This document shows positions 1-13,209 of a DNA stretch of 64,000 nucleotides, one piece after another. Position 1 is the stretch's first letter. Each line of letters opens with the position of its first letter. The notes beneath the pieces are model-generated. The model was not told the DNA's origin. It saw only the letters and a program-made list of their open reading frames with translations, and did no database searches. The DNA is from Eledone cirrhosa. Lineage: Eukaryota. The position numbers were made by a program, and so were the translations under genes. Location: contig OZ024742.1 in NCBI GenBank assembly GCA_964016885.1, positions 244,714,001-244,778,000 on the forward strand. The letters are read 5' to 3'.

Positions 1-109
1 ATTTTATTTGTAGCAAAAATACTTAAGTTCAGCTAACTTGTTTAACATCAGGTCATCCTGACTGCGAAGACTAAAGACTGATGATCAAAGGTGTTTCAAC
101 CATAGACTT

Positions 110-330
110 CTGGTGTCCTTGACTCTAGGACCATCTCCCTATTCACCACCATCAGCACAGTGTTGGCTACCCGCAGGTGTGAGCTTTGCAAGCTGGAATG
201 GCTCTTCCAGCGTGTCTCCCTCGCCATCCTCCAGAGAAATTCCTTCTCTATTCTGTCCACTGGAGCTGCGGAGTGGCATCACGTGGGCCCTCATTTGCTC
301 ATAAAAGTGAGAGATGGAGAGAGCGGGAGG
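110..330 (+). mobile_element. 3' fragment of a CRE-like (restriction-like endonuclease) non-LTR retrotransposon
   Basis: ORF 160..414 contains WLFQRVSLAILQRNSFSIL, resembling the QRISIAIQRGNA-SIL C-terminus typical of CRE-clade RLE proteins. Confidence 0.5.
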
Positions 331-1492
331 GACAGAGGCAGTAACAGTGGGAGTTTGGTTCCATTATGTTTGGACCTGGTGTATATGTATATATTTATTA
401 ACCACACACATTAACTGTATTTATATCAATTAGTATGTCACTTCTAGCATTTGACTATAAAGTAGATGTGTTAGAGATAGTGCATATTGGAGTAAGAATG
501 GTCACTATTTTAGGTATCTGTAGTTGTAAGGATTCTTTTTCCCAGTAGAGGGTTGTTTTTCTTCACATTTGATTGATTTGATGGCACTAATACAAGTATG
601 TTTTAAACTCCCACTGTTTATATGGGATGGTCTGACAACAAAATCAGGATCAACAATATCCAATGTATCCTTCTTTATGTAAGACAGTAGTAGAGTAGGA
701 TTTGAGGCAAATTCAGGTGCTATTTCTAGCAGATTGAGTGACTGTGTAGATATCCTTAACTCTAAGTAGATATTGTAAGTGGTATAATTTATTGTAACAC
801 TGATTGAGTGATTCATTAGATTGTAGTGCTGAGATCAAATCTTCCTTTGGGAAAAGTTATAAGCAATAAATCATAATCTTATTCAAAGGGAGTTATCATT
901 TATCTGTTTAACACTATAGAAACCAAGAATAAACACTTGCACTCTATGAATTTTTGTGATTTAGGAATGATTTTATTAACCCCCCCCTCCCCTATAAGGA
1001 ACATGTTTGCCCAATACTATAATACTACTTGAATATCAGGTTGATATATGAGTGGCACACACATAGACATTCTCATCCACATTCAAAAGCTTTCATCATC
1101 ATCATTATCGTTCAACTGCATTAGCAGCCGGTCTCATTCCCTCAATTGCAGTTTTCATTATTAGTTCTGATCTTGTTCTTAGGTAATTAGCCCTGGTCAT
1201 TGGTGGGATTTGAATCCCTAAGTTCTATTTGAACTCAGAAAGTAATGTGCCAGAATAGATCCTGCAAGATATCTTGTCCAATGCTCTAACAATTCTGCCA
1301 ATTTACCACACTGTACTGGTATTTTGCCTGTCATCCTTTCAGGTTCAATAAAGTAAAATTGACTTCAGTGGGATTTGAACTCAGAGCACAAAAAGTCATA
1401 TTCTGCCCAAATTCACTACGCCAAAAGCTTTTACTCACTAATTACAACCACTTCTCCACCAATTTGCTGTATATTCTTCTGTGGATTAAGCT

Positions 1493-1690
1493 TTAACCCT
1501 TTAGCCTTTACATTACTCTATATTTACTATTATATGTTCATGGTAAAAGCTTTATCTCACTTATCAAAATCTATGAGATTTTGATGAAAACAATACCTTA
1601 ACATCAGTATGAGCCTGCTAGTTACAACTGGTTTGAACAGAGAGAGGTGAGAGAACTTTGTCCAGCTATGGCCGGTTTAAGTGCTTAAGT
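1493..1690 (+). mobile_element. piggyBac-type MITE copy, 3' end degraded
   Basis: Starts TTAA-CCCTTTAG and has the same internal sequence as the 7063-7291 copy. Confidence 0.8.
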
Positions 1691-2594
1691 AATATACACA
1701 TCTGCCTAGAACTCCAAAGGAAGGGAAGCACCACAAGTATCTTTCCAATGCTTGATTTACCATTGTGCAAAATAAGTTTTATTTTAGTGTTGAAAATTTA
1801 CATTTTTCCTATTGCGTTTCATCATCATCATTGTTTAATGTCAGTTTTCCCCTGCTAGTAAAGGTAGGACATGTCATCACAAACCAGTCAATAGAGCCTC
1901 TGACCTCTAGGTGGACTAGAGGCCCTATATTCAATCCTATGCTCTAATGTCTTTGGCATAACTGAAGAATCTTGCCTACCCTTTGTATGGCAGGTTTTCT
2001 ACAGCTAGATGCCCTTCCTATCACCAACTACTTTATAGAGTGTACTGGGTGCGTTTCTCATGTAAATCACCAACACTAGGGAGGTTATGTCTGTGACACA
2101 GCTGAAGAATCTTCCTGAGCTTTTGTTTACCTTTGTTATAAGTGAATAATTTTCTGATAATTCTTACTGCTATAGTGTTAAATGAATAAAAGCAAGTAAA
2201 AAAAAGAACAAGTTACATTTTAAACAGTTGTGAAGGATGGCCTGGAAGAAAACTGAACTTTTAATATATTATTTCCCATTCAGTACTCCTGTCTAAATGT
2301 CTTGTCAGTTAGACAATGGAAGAGTTAAGAGGGCACCACTGTTGGACTATGTCAAGGTCATCACTTGGCCTTAATCATGTCAACTCCTGTTTCAACCTTA
2401 CTGAAACTCATTTGACAAACCTGTTTCTTTTGTCATTCATACTGTGCCCCATGTCAGATTCCATGCTGAGTGTCTTTCTCAATCCTTTTTTCACAGATGC
2501 AACTATTCTTACTTGTGTTTCCCTCAGCACACCTGACCATCAGCCTTAGCAAGTTATCTTTATTGTTTTTTTAGACAAAGATATGCATAGCAGC

Positions 2595-2720
2595 TACATG
2601 GTTTGGGGCTCAATCCAACTGTATGGTACTTTGAGCATGTGTCTTCTACCATTACCTCAGGTCAACCAAAACCTTATGAGTGAAATTTTGTCGACAGAAA
2701 CTATGTGGAAGCCCATTCAT
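2595..2720 (+). mobile_element. degenerate SINE body fragment
   Basis: ACTTTGAGCATGTGTCTTCTAC...GTGGAAGCCC resembles a CORE-like SINE body. Confidence 0.45.
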
Positions 2721-3823
2721 TGAATTGTTCTTGCTTTGGGGATGGTAGGCGTAATCAGTTGCTTAGTTTAACACCATTATGTAGACTGTGATTGCCTTTA
2801 GCTGAAGCCCTTCTGTAACAAACATTTGGACAGCATCTCCAGTCTGATAACTTTTTCTTTTCTTACTCTCACCAGTTTTAAAGACCCTGAAAAATGGCAT
2901 GGTCATTGTCCTTATTTCTCTGACTAAGCCATAAAAAATAAAAGAATATTTAGTAGCCTTTAAGAACAAATTATGAAAAAATATTTAAGTTTATTTCCCC
3001 CTCCTCAATTTATCTTTAATTTTTTTTTTTTTGTATTAAACTAATCTCCCTTTTTCATATTTTGCAAACTTCAACTGAACTTCGAGCATTATGTAAAACT
3101 ATAGCTTTAACTAAGATTACAAAATAATCCACAATTAGCTTATCAAAATCTTGGTACTGTATAACCAAATATAAACTGTCTATTCAGTATGTAAGCAATT
3201 CTATTCACTTAGATTTTGCCTTCCCTTTGCATTATTTCTCTACCTGAATTTGCAATCCATAACTTTGAATTATTCCTTAACCCAAGCTGTTTTATAATTC
3301 CTGCAAGTTTCTTCTAATAGGAATCTCAACTGTTTTATGCTTATTTTATCATATTTCTGTTGAGGTCACTGCTTTAAGGAATTCTCTTTCTACAGATCTC
3401 ATTCAAATCAACTTTACCTTTATGTTTTTGGGGTTAAAAAAAAAAAATATAATACTGCAATAACATCAAAGTGTCATGCATGCCATATTGATATATTCAG
3501 ACATACTCTCAACTAGAAAGACATAGGGGAAGAGGCTGAAACTGACAGATGACAAACAGAGAATCACTGTTACACTATTAATTGGCATTTCTGTCAGAAT
3601 AAGTGCTGTTTCAGAATAATGTTATAATATAATATTTAGTAAAGTAGGTGTTTAGAGAGATTTTTTTTCTACATGCCACACCAGATTGTAGTAATGAATC
3701 TATATTCTAAAATTTCTCATTTTTTTCCCCTTGTGTATGGGTATGAGAAAAAGATGAATGAATAAATATATAAAAGGACAAGAAACATGTGTATACATAT
3801 ATATATATATATATAGATATATA

Positions 3824-4036
3824 TCTCGACAGTCGATCAGCTTTCGTCAAATCGGACCGAGGAAACAATGTTTCCATTGGTCTTTCTAATTGCTAATACT
3901 ATCTATTGGTTGCAACTCCAGGTAGAAATAAAGTGTCTTGCTGAAGGACATAACACATCACCCAGTTCAGGAATCGAACCCACAACCTTACAATTGCGGA
4001 TGCAATTCTCTAACTACTCAGCCACGTGCCTTCACC
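3824..4036 (-). mobile_element. tRNA-derived SINE
   Basis: Minus strand has A-box-like TGGCTGAGTAG and B-box GGTTCGATTCC followed by CCTTCAGCAAGACACTTTATTTC; flanked by (TA)n. Confidence 0.7.
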
Positions 4037-4093
4037 AATATATATAGATATATATGTATATGTATTTAATATAAAGAGCAGTGTGCTTATGTG

Positions 4094-4242
4094 TGGAAAT
4101 GCTATAAAATAGCTTATAGAATAAGGTGGAAACCCCCAAGAGATGGAAAAAGAAGTTGCCATTGTAGTGACCGATGGCAACTTCTTTTTCTGTCTCTGGA
4201 GAGTTTCCACCTTATCTTATAAACTATTTCATAGCATCTCCA
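4094..4242. repeat. imperfect fold-back inverted repeat with ~70-bp arms
   Basis: ATAAGGTGGAAAC...GAAAAAGAAGTTGCCAT is mirrored by ATGGCAACTTCTTTTTC...GTTTCCACCTTAT around a ~10-nt loop. Confidence 0.85.
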
Positions 4243-4560
4243 TCATCTTTATCCCTTCAGTACTTCGTAAAAGTCACAGAGATCGGCTATGTGTGTGTGT
4301 GTGTGAAAGAGAGAGAGAGAGAGAGGGAGAGAGAGAGAGATTGTGTTAGGCACTCTGTTGTGGTGATAAATTTTCTGCAACTAGATTTCTGAATCTCAGT
4401 TTAAATAGTTTTTACTTTTTGTTGAAAGACTTTTAATGAAGATCTAAATATCACTACTTTCCTTTTCCTTAAAAGTTATCAGGTAGCATACCTCTGTAAT
4501 TAACACCATGACAATGGATTATCAGGATCATCATGACAATGAATTTAATGACGTATTTAA

Positions 4561-4733
4561 TTCCCTTTTCCTTTTTATCTGTCTTTGTACATGTAATCTA
4601 TGTCCTCTTATAGATCCGTAAATGTAAACTACGTAATGCATGACCTGTTAACAATATCTTAAGTATTTATCAAACAAGCAGTAGAGAGAGCGGCAGATTG
4701 CTGTTGAAAGACCTATCAATACTAATTCCTCTC
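4561..4733. repeat. ~175-bp dispersed duplication (empty-site copy); second copy at 9291-9836 is interrupted
   Basis: Near-identical to 9291-9331 plus 9699-9836. Confidence 0.9.
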
Positions 4734-4734
4734 A

Positions 4735-4960
4735 TTAATTTAGCATTAACATTACTCTTTATTTACTAATATATTTTTATAGAAAAAGGTTTTATCTCAC
4801 ATAATTATCTCACATAATATTGAATCTATGAGATTTTGATATTTTTTACTTTGAGAACAATACCATAACATCAGTATGAGTGGCCAGTTAGAGCTGCTGT
4901 GAACAGAAAGAGGTGAGAGAATTCTGGCCAGATATGACCGGCTTAAATGCTAAAGGGTTA
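4735..4960 (+). mobile_element. piggyBac-type MITE copy
   Basis: Ends TAAATGCTAAAGGGTTA; internal sequence shared with the other copies. Confidence 0.8.
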
Positions 4961-5511
4961 TACTTAATATTTCCTGGTATTTAGCAATTCGCCCTTCAAG
5001 TTACACTAGGCATGGATAATTTTACCTTTGATTAATTTCTCTGGGATCAATCAATAAAACAACGATCTTTATAATCCCCTGTTTCGTGTTTCTATTAATG
5101 AAATGGAAAGTCTGTCTCTTTTTTTTTTACAGAAAGTAAAAAAAAAAAACTTTCAGACTTTGTCTAACTTAAAAAAAAAATGATTTTGATGACAAGTTTT
5201 AGTTTATATTTAAATTTGTTGAGTTCACATTTATTAGCCACAACATAACCTTTGTAATAGCTTAGGAGATTGAAAGTCATGTTTATTTTTCTGTGTGCTA
5301 CACTGGTTTTATCTGATTACATCTGTTCACCATTGATTTTATTATTTTTGTTTGTCAAAATAAGTGCCATGCCAGTAGCCCTTGTAGGCCCTCATAAAAT
5401 CTGATATGTCATGGCAACTTTACTTTTATAATATCCAAAAAACTATCTCTAATCAGTTAGTTGCTTGTATCCTTAATTCCTCACAGATTCAGAGGGGTGA
5501 TGTCATGACAT

Positions 5512-5740
5512 TTGACCCTTTAGCATTTATATTACTCTATATTTACTGTTATATTTTCAAAGTAAAGGCTTTATCTCACATAATTATCTCACATGATATC
5601 GAATCTATGAGATTTTGATATTATATATTTTGAGAACAATACCTTAACATCAGTATGAGCAGCCATTTATGGCCAGTTTGAACAGAAAGAGGTGAGAGAA
5701 TTCTGGTTGGATATGGCTGGTTTAAATGGTAAAGGGTTAA
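5512..5740 (+). mobile_element. piggyBac-type MITE copy
   Basis: CCCTTTAGCATTTA...TAAATGGTAAAGGG-TTAA. Confidence 0.85.
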
Positions 5741-6189
5741 ACCTGGTAGAAACCATCCATCTCCTGGTTGGTTCATGGATAATTATTTCCTGAGAAATAG
5801 ATTAAGTAATAGACAGCTACATGGTCATTATTGGTTAGGACATACATGTGCATACATATGTATGTGTGTGTATGTCTGTGTTTGGAACATGGTTCCTTTT
5901 ATACACAGGCAACCACCTTAGATTACATTGACAAAAAAAGGAAATTTGAATGATTAGTAAAGACTCATCGACATGCTTTCAATGATTAGTAAAGACTCAT
6001 CAACCAGCACCCGACAAATGTACCCTCTCTTCTTAAATACCTATTCTATCACTACTACAATAGTTTTTTATTCTGAGAATAGAAAACTGTATAGTACCTT
6101 GGCCTAAGTCCCCTGAAGCCCACCCACCCCTTTTCCTTCTTTCATCCATAATTTATCTCACCAACTAAACTTCAAATTAAACATTCTCT

Positions 6190-6635
6190 TATTCAAAACG
6201 GCATCTTATGTAATGACCGAAAGAATATGATCATGAATAGAAGCGGCCAAAATAGGGTTTCTCCAAAGGGTTTTTGAAGTAATGTTACTTGATAGAGTGT
6301 GTAGCTTGGAGATCAGAAAGTCACTCCAAGTAGAGCCGCTACTTCTCCAAATTGAGAGATTACAGCTCTGATACTATGGGTATGTGGTTAGAATGTCTCA
6401 GGAAAGAATCGCTGGACAGATTTTACAGGCAAAACCAACCGGCAGGAGACCCGGGGGTAGACCCCGAGCAAGATGGTTGGATAACATCCATGTGTTTGGC
6501 TGGTCTTGCTTGAGGATCCAGCCGGATCAGTTGGAGATGGTTGATTCTGACAGGGCCTGCTGGAAGGTGTGTTTGAGGACTCTGCCTCCACAACCCTCAG
6601 AGGAATAAATAGGCAAAGATGAAGAAAAAGAAGAC
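6190..6635 (+). mobile_element. 5'-truncated RTE-clade LINE 3' end
   Basis: VRMSQERIAGQILQAKPTGRRPGGRPRARWLD is an RTE C-terminal motif; GAA-rich tail; same family at 29385-29712 and 52540-52720. Confidence 0.8.
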
Positions 6636-7062
6636 ATATTCCCTACAGGTGTTAACCTGAAAGATCATGATCCTTTCACCAATCCATCAAAATAATATAA
6701 ACTCTCATTGAATTAAACCAAAAGAGTAGTTTTAATTTTATATTTCCAATGATGAATGGGGAATCTGATCTTAAGGCGGTCATGTCTTTATCAACAGCAT
6801 TTTTGGGAGATTCATTTTTCTTGGGCCTCCCTGGAAATATTGTCATTTATTACAGTTTCAATATTTTGTTTTGAAAAATTAAATTTTGAGGATTATATGA
6901 AAATTTCTTGGAAAAAAAAAAAAAATGAATATACAGAATAAGAAAGAACCCTCTGTTATAATGTGTCAACAAAACCCTCTTCTCATTTTGATCAACTTAG
7001 ATGTTTCATTATATGACAATTATCTCTTTCTTCTCTACATCAATCATTTATTAACAGTCACT

Positions 7063-7291
7063 TTAACCCTTTAGCATTTACATTACTCTATATTTACTAT
7101 TGTATTTTCAAAGTAAACACTTTATTTCACATAATTATCTCACATAAAATCGAATCTACGAGATTTTCATATTATTTATTTTGAAAACAATACCTTAACA
7201 TAACTATGAGCAGCTGGTTATAGCCAGTTTGAACAGAAGGAGGTGAGAGAATTTTGGCTGGATATGGCTGGATTAAATGCTAAAGGGTTAA
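7063..7291 (+). mobile_element. piggyBac-type MITE, best-preserved copy
   Basis: TTAA|CCCTTTAGCATTTA ... TAAATGCTAAAGGG|TTAA: 14-bp TIR, TTAA TSD, no coding capacity. Confidence 0.9.
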
Positions 7292-8670
7292 ACCATAAAC
7301 AGTTGTCAATACTGCCCCCACATTTTGTGCATGTTCCTTTTCCTACACAATCTTCAGTCACAATCTTCAGGAAGACCTCAAAAACGTTAAGTAATTTATA
7401 ACTTAGCCTGATCTGTCACTACACGATGATAGAGTTTTAAGAAAACAAATCCACAATGGTACATCTTACCTAATTTTGAGCAATGCAGCTAAAGCTATTA
7501 TCACATTCTCCCCTCAGCCTCTGGTGAATTTTCAAGTATCACAAGGGCTGTGTTTCCTGTTAGTTATAAAATATTCAGATCTGAACTGTTGCTGACAATA
7601 ATGATTTACACTAGAGAATTTTTTACACATATAATATTGATCCACAACCCAACTTGCACAAATAATATTGATTTCTAGCAGGTACAAGTCCACATATTTT
7701 GGGGGAGGGGTTTCGTTAATTACATTGATCTCAGTACTTGACTGGTACTTTATTTGATCAACCCAAGAAAGAAAGCAAAGCTGATTTCAATGGGCTTTGA
7801 GCTCACTATGTTAAGAGCCATAACTAAATACTTTTAAGACATTTTGTCCAATGCTTTAAGTGATTCTGCCAATCAACCATTTGCCTACCAACTTGCCATG
7901 TCCTCTGTCTAATCTCTTAGATGGCAACAAGGTAGGAGCATACTTTGTTACTCCAAATTTACTCAGTGCACAAACATCTTTTAATCAAATTGTGTCCAAC
8001 CAGCCCCAGATTTTGCTTAATCAACTAAAGCTGCATTCATTTTATGATGTCTATATTTTACCCTGAAGGCCAGCAAGAGGAATAATTAACTTTACAGTTG
8101 AAACAAAAAACTTTCTTGGATTCACTGTGCGCAACGATTAAGAGGATTTTTTATACACGTTAGTGGTAGGGTTCAAGGGTTCATTAGGGTTTCCTCTTAG
8201 GTTCGTGTGAATGTGTGAGTATATTAAATGGGTGGAGTAACTCTTGTTAATTCTTTTATTTGCGTGTTTGCATCCGCAATGTATCTGACGAGATATTTTC
8301 GTTTTCTTATTTCGAACCGTAAAATCAAAGCTTCATTCTCCCTCTCTCTACCCGCCAAATTCTCAACCCGAACTCCATATATCATGATGTGAGGGCTAAC
8401 TCTACAGTTTTTTTTTCTCAGCTAATGACAGATATTATTTTTTTAAGCAGGATTAATCCAAATTGGTATATCAGATTTCGTTTACCTGTCCATGGGTTAT
8501 TCTTAACTTTGTTATAGAACAAATATCGGAGAAGACTATCGAAGCATACCTCAGCAATATATATAATATATATGATGCTGCTGATGATATAAACATACGG
8601 TATATTGCCAAATATACTATACATACATTCATGTATACATCGCTATTTCAGAGCACCAATCCTAATATAT

Positions 8671-8970
8671 ATCATCATCATCATCATCATTTTACGTCCG
8701 CTTTTCCCTGCTTGCAAGGGTGGGACGGGAACTGATTCTGGCTTGATTTCTACAGCTGGATGTCTTTCCTAACACCAACCTCATTTACAGTGAGTGCTGG
8801 GTGCTTTTTTGCCGTGGCACCTCCACGACCACTTTGCAGTGGAATGATAGGGACCCCAGTCCTATCATCTCATTTCTACAGCCGAGTAAACTGGAGCAAT
8901 GTGAAATAAAGTGTCTTGCTCAAGGAAACAACACGTCACCCGGTCTGAGAATTGAACTCACAACCTTTCA
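8671..8970 (-). mobile_element. SINE with (ATG)n tail and a LINE-derived 3' end
   Basis: Minus strand: GAGTTCAATTC B-box, CCTTGAGCAAGACACTTTATTTCAC core, 3' CCCTTGCAAGCAGGGAAAAGCGGACGTAAAATGATG; near-identical copies at 32383-32660 (+) and 53460-53745. Confidence 0.8.
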
Positions 8971-9331
8971 TATATATATATAGTTTATTTCTACGCGCGA
9001 ATTGCTTTTCATCCTTCTGGGGTCAATAAAATACAGTACCAGTAAAGAGCTGAGGTCGATATAATCGCCCCACCCCCAATTGCTAGCCTTGTGTCTAAAT
9101 TAGAAATCATCAAAATGCAATTAACATCCTTGTCTTTAAATTCATAACACAATTGTCGGGGTTTTTTTACACTACTATTCGTGATATATCTATATTTCAA
9201 CTGATAATTTACACCTGACGTTCTGCTTGTTAACACAAGCAGTTAGTTTGTAATAAAACTCCATTCTAATTGTCTTCTTTTCTAATTGTGTTCACTTTTC
9301 CCTTCTTATCTGTCTTTGTACATGTAATCTA

Positions 9332-9698
9332 CATTTTCCAGCCTGTGGTGTTCGAGACGTTTGGGGGAGTCGGGCTACTGACTGCGAGATTCCTATCTTC
9401 ACTAGTGGCTCACCTGAGGGCGCATGGTTGTTCCAGCGCATCAGCCAAGGTAACGCTACGAGCGTGCTGGCTTGCCTCAAAAATCACTGGAGAGGTTTCC
9501 CAGAGCTCTTCGCGATACTGTTATCTTTTACTCAGGTAGCGGTTCGGTTGTCCACCCCTTTCGTCTGCTTTTTGAATGTGATCCCAAATGTGTTTTTTTT
9601 TCTTCTCTTCCTTCCTTCTTTTTTATACTATATTTGTTTGTGCTTTCGTTCTGTAAACATTGTATTATATCTCTTTTTATACACCAGCGAATAAAATG
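9332..9698 (+). mobile_element. 5'-truncated CRE-like RLE non-LTR retrotransposon insertion with ATCTA TSD
   Basis: Encodes FQPVVFETFGG and LFQRISQGNATSVL; AATAAA at the 3' end; ATCTA at 9327-9331 and 9699-9703; uninterrupted site seen at 4561-4733. Confidence 0.75.
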
Positions 9699-11324
9699 AT
9701 CTATGTCCTCTTATAGATCCGTAAATGTAAACTACCTAATGCATGACCTGTTAACAATATCTTAAGTATTTATCAAACAAGCAGTAGAGAGAGCGGCTGA
9801 TTGCTGGGGAAGGGCCTATCAATACTAATTCCACTCGCTAATTTATACTGTTATTTTATATTATCATGTCTGTCCCGATTCAAAAGCGACCCGTTTAGCT
9901 TTATTTGTTTCCCCACGAAAGCAGCTCTCTCTCTGTATAATATATAAATCCTCCTCAGTTTTACCACAGCATCTCTAAGCAATTTTTCACGGCTTCACAC
10001 CTGGTTTTGATACTCTGAAGGAAAAAAAAAAACACTTCACTTGTTACACAATGCCACCCGTAAAACGGAACCTTCACACATCTGAGGGCTCGCGTGTATT
10101 AAGATACCTCCCTATATCATGTTTTGTTGTTTTCTGTCAGGTCAGGGGTGTCTAGGATTACATTATGGTAGGGTGCGATTAAAGAGAGTTTGACTGCTAG
10201 TTCTAGTACGCCGAGCGACTAAGATAATGTTCACATATAATTTAGTTTATATATATATACACCAGTCAACTCATTAATATTATTTACTTTAATACAATTC
10301 TGTAGTTTTTGTTTAAAGGGCTGCGATAAGAGTATTTTCTCGCCTCCACTTAGCTTTTAGAAAGGAAGTGAAGTCGATCAACTTGTAAGAAAACAAAACA
10401 TCAACATAGCAGTGCTATCGGCGCGTGTATAGCACACACACACAGCCACAACCACATTCGTTCACACACATATTATGCTCAACTTCTCGTCTCCCCTTAC
10501 TCCCACAACACTGACGGCCATCTCCAGTCCCATATACACATCTCATTACCAGCTTTTGTCATATGTTAAAATGTATGTCCAACAGTCAAACAACATTGAA
10601 GCGAACACACGGACACATAATATGCGCTCTCGTTTCTTACACAGACACCGGTTCATACACGCGTATATACGACGCGCACACAGACACACCACGCAATGCG
10701 CTTCGCTTACAATGACACACCTGCACACACACTCACTCATACAGTGACGTATTGAATTGTTTGGTTGCATATTCCAATTATTCGTATTTAGCTATTTACA
10801 CATACACCAAAAAATAGACACATTTAATTTACTTGATCAAGTGATAAGTTAGCCGAATGGAATGTAGCTACATAAATTTTCTGTGATTTTTTTTCACTTG
10901 TAAACACACACACACACACACACGCGCTCACGCATGCACGCACGCACGTTTGTGGGAGAAACTCAAATGAGCTTTTTGGACAAGGTTCAAAAGGGACTGA
11001 AAAAGGGAAACTACACTGACATATACTTATAATTTGCTATTGTTACTTGTATGAATGTGTTTAACAGGAGAGAGAGTGTGTGTGTGAGGTAGATTGAGTG
11101 AATGTGTGTGTATTGTAAAGGAATAATGTGTGAGTACATGTATGTAATATGAAAGAGGGAGCGAAGTAACCAATACAGTTGGTGTACAATCGACAAACAA
11201 TACAGGAGTGAAGGAACAAGGTATCAATAATGGAGGAGTGTTTACGTGTACATTAATTAATACAGGGGAGGGGGGGGGGGCTAATAATAAAAATAAAGAA
11301 AACGGGAATTATGCTGGAGTACAT

Positions 11325-11545
11325 TGCATTTGAAAATAGAGAGCAAGGAAGAAGAAATGCTATGCTCCGGTGACGTCATATTGCGGGAAGCGATATTTGG
11401 TGGCGGTAGTTTCAATCTTTTATTTGATTGGACAACAATGTGATCAGCAACATACAAGCCTGGACCAACCAGTTCGCCAATATTCGGGACTGTTCGGAAT
11501 CAATCCGTCAGGGCTGGCAGTATGCTGGTGACAAGGGTAAACGTA
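11325..11545 (+). promoter_or_regulatory. candidate Pol II promoter / first exon of an unidentified gene
   Basis: Unique CpG-retaining sequence with TGACGTCA (11371), GCGGGAA (E2F-like), ATTGG (11427), CCAAT (11477) and a possible donor AGG|GTAAAC (GT at 11537). Confidence 0.4.
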
Positions 11546-12627
11546 GATTCGTGTGGAAAACGAGGCTATGACCTATTTATTTTCTTTTATTCTCTATCTG
11601 CTTTCTAGTTTTTCGGTGGAGGGCGTCACGGACACTTGCTATCTATCGATCGGTGAAAGGAAAAGAAACGTTAAGGATGAGAACATAGCTGTTTGTGTGA
11701 GTGTGGATGTGAGTGTTCGTGTAGCTAGCTGTAAGTGAACCTTTATAAGCATATTTACTTTATGCTGTGTGTTAAAGAGCGAGATGTATGAGGGGGAGGA
11801 TCGGGATGAATGATGAAGAGTGTTTGAGGAGGTGGGAGTGAAAGAAAGAAAGGCTGAAGGACATATTTGTTAACTTGTTTATTATTATTTTTTTTATCAT
11901 CATTATTATTATTTGGTCTTTTTTTTGTTGTTGTTCAGAGCTTGTGGCTACGTACGCGTTTATGTTGGTGGCAATATATGAATCTCGTGTACATTTTTTT
12001 TCTGCCTCACTCTCTCTCTCTTGTCTTTATTAAAAGATTATATGGCAATATTGGAGAGAGTGACAGCGAAGAAAAACCGAAGGGGGAGAAAATAGGGAAA
12101 GTTGACGTAGGAGGGGAAATTCTTTCTCGTTATAATAATTGAAAGAGAAGTTAACGAAATGGAGTAGGGAATATGATAAGATTGAATGCATAAAGGGAAG
12201 CTGTTTCATAGATACAGCTAAGGTTAACGTTGCTATACAATGTACATAAGGTGAGCTTAAAGACACGAAGATGGGTGGTAGCGGGGGAGAGAGCAAGAAA
12301 ATGATTGGGAAAAGGAGAGGGAAACATGGAACTCTTTTAACAACCCACCAGTCAGAGAGAAATGTTAAATGTAAAAGTTGAAGATTAACTATTGTATGAA
12401 GGCGGTGGAGAAGCAGAGAAACTCGAAGGTGGAGAGTATTAAGAGCGCGTCAATAGCTAAGGTGCCCGTTTATATATGATTACAATAGATTGCAAAGCAG
12501 TGTTGATAAATATTACTCAGTGGAAACATAGCAAATAGTTTAACATTTCATTACAGCAGACACCAATTTGGGTTTCGTGAGCGTGCATATACACGTAACA
12601 TTAGATATGCACACTATGTTGTGTGTG

Positions 12628-12660
<33 letters not shown>

Positions 12661-12797
12661 AATATATATCTATATACATCAATATACATCGATCGATCTA
12701 TATCTAATATCGATTGATTCTATATCTATCTAGTTCTGTTTTTCTATCTCTTGTATCTATCTATCTATCCACCCAATCAATAACATACTTAGACATG

Positions 12798-12857
<60 letters not shown>

Positions 12858-13209
12858 GCAGTAGTCTATTGAAAGCAATGAGCTCATATCAGCTTCCTTT
12901 CAACAATTAAAGATAACCAGACAGGCAATTGAAAATGTCCAGGATGAATAGACAAACTCAATGCCAAACATTTCAGTTGATTACTGCTTTCAAGATATTG
13001 TAAATCACAGCAGCAGTAGTATATGCTATTTTTTTCTTTCCTTCTTTTAATTTGATTTTTAACCAGATACAGCAAGGTTACATATGTCTAGTTAAAGTTT
13101 AAATACTAAATGAAAGTATGAAAGTCTCTTCAAGAGCAAAATTAAGCTTATTGAAAGTAAGGAGGTTTTGTGAAAATAAAGATGTTTGTAAAATGTTAAA
13201 CTATATATC

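Noticed and set aside
505-816. 103-aa ORF as a possible host exon
   Set aside because: No recognisable motif or clear splice boundaries
8281-8330. CTGACGAG...TTCGAACCGTA hammerhead-like text
   Set aside because: GAAA box incomplete and no stem I pairing
12855-13030. Possible coding exon after the (TA)n tract
   Set aside because: In-frame stops in the plausible frame; no homology recognisable
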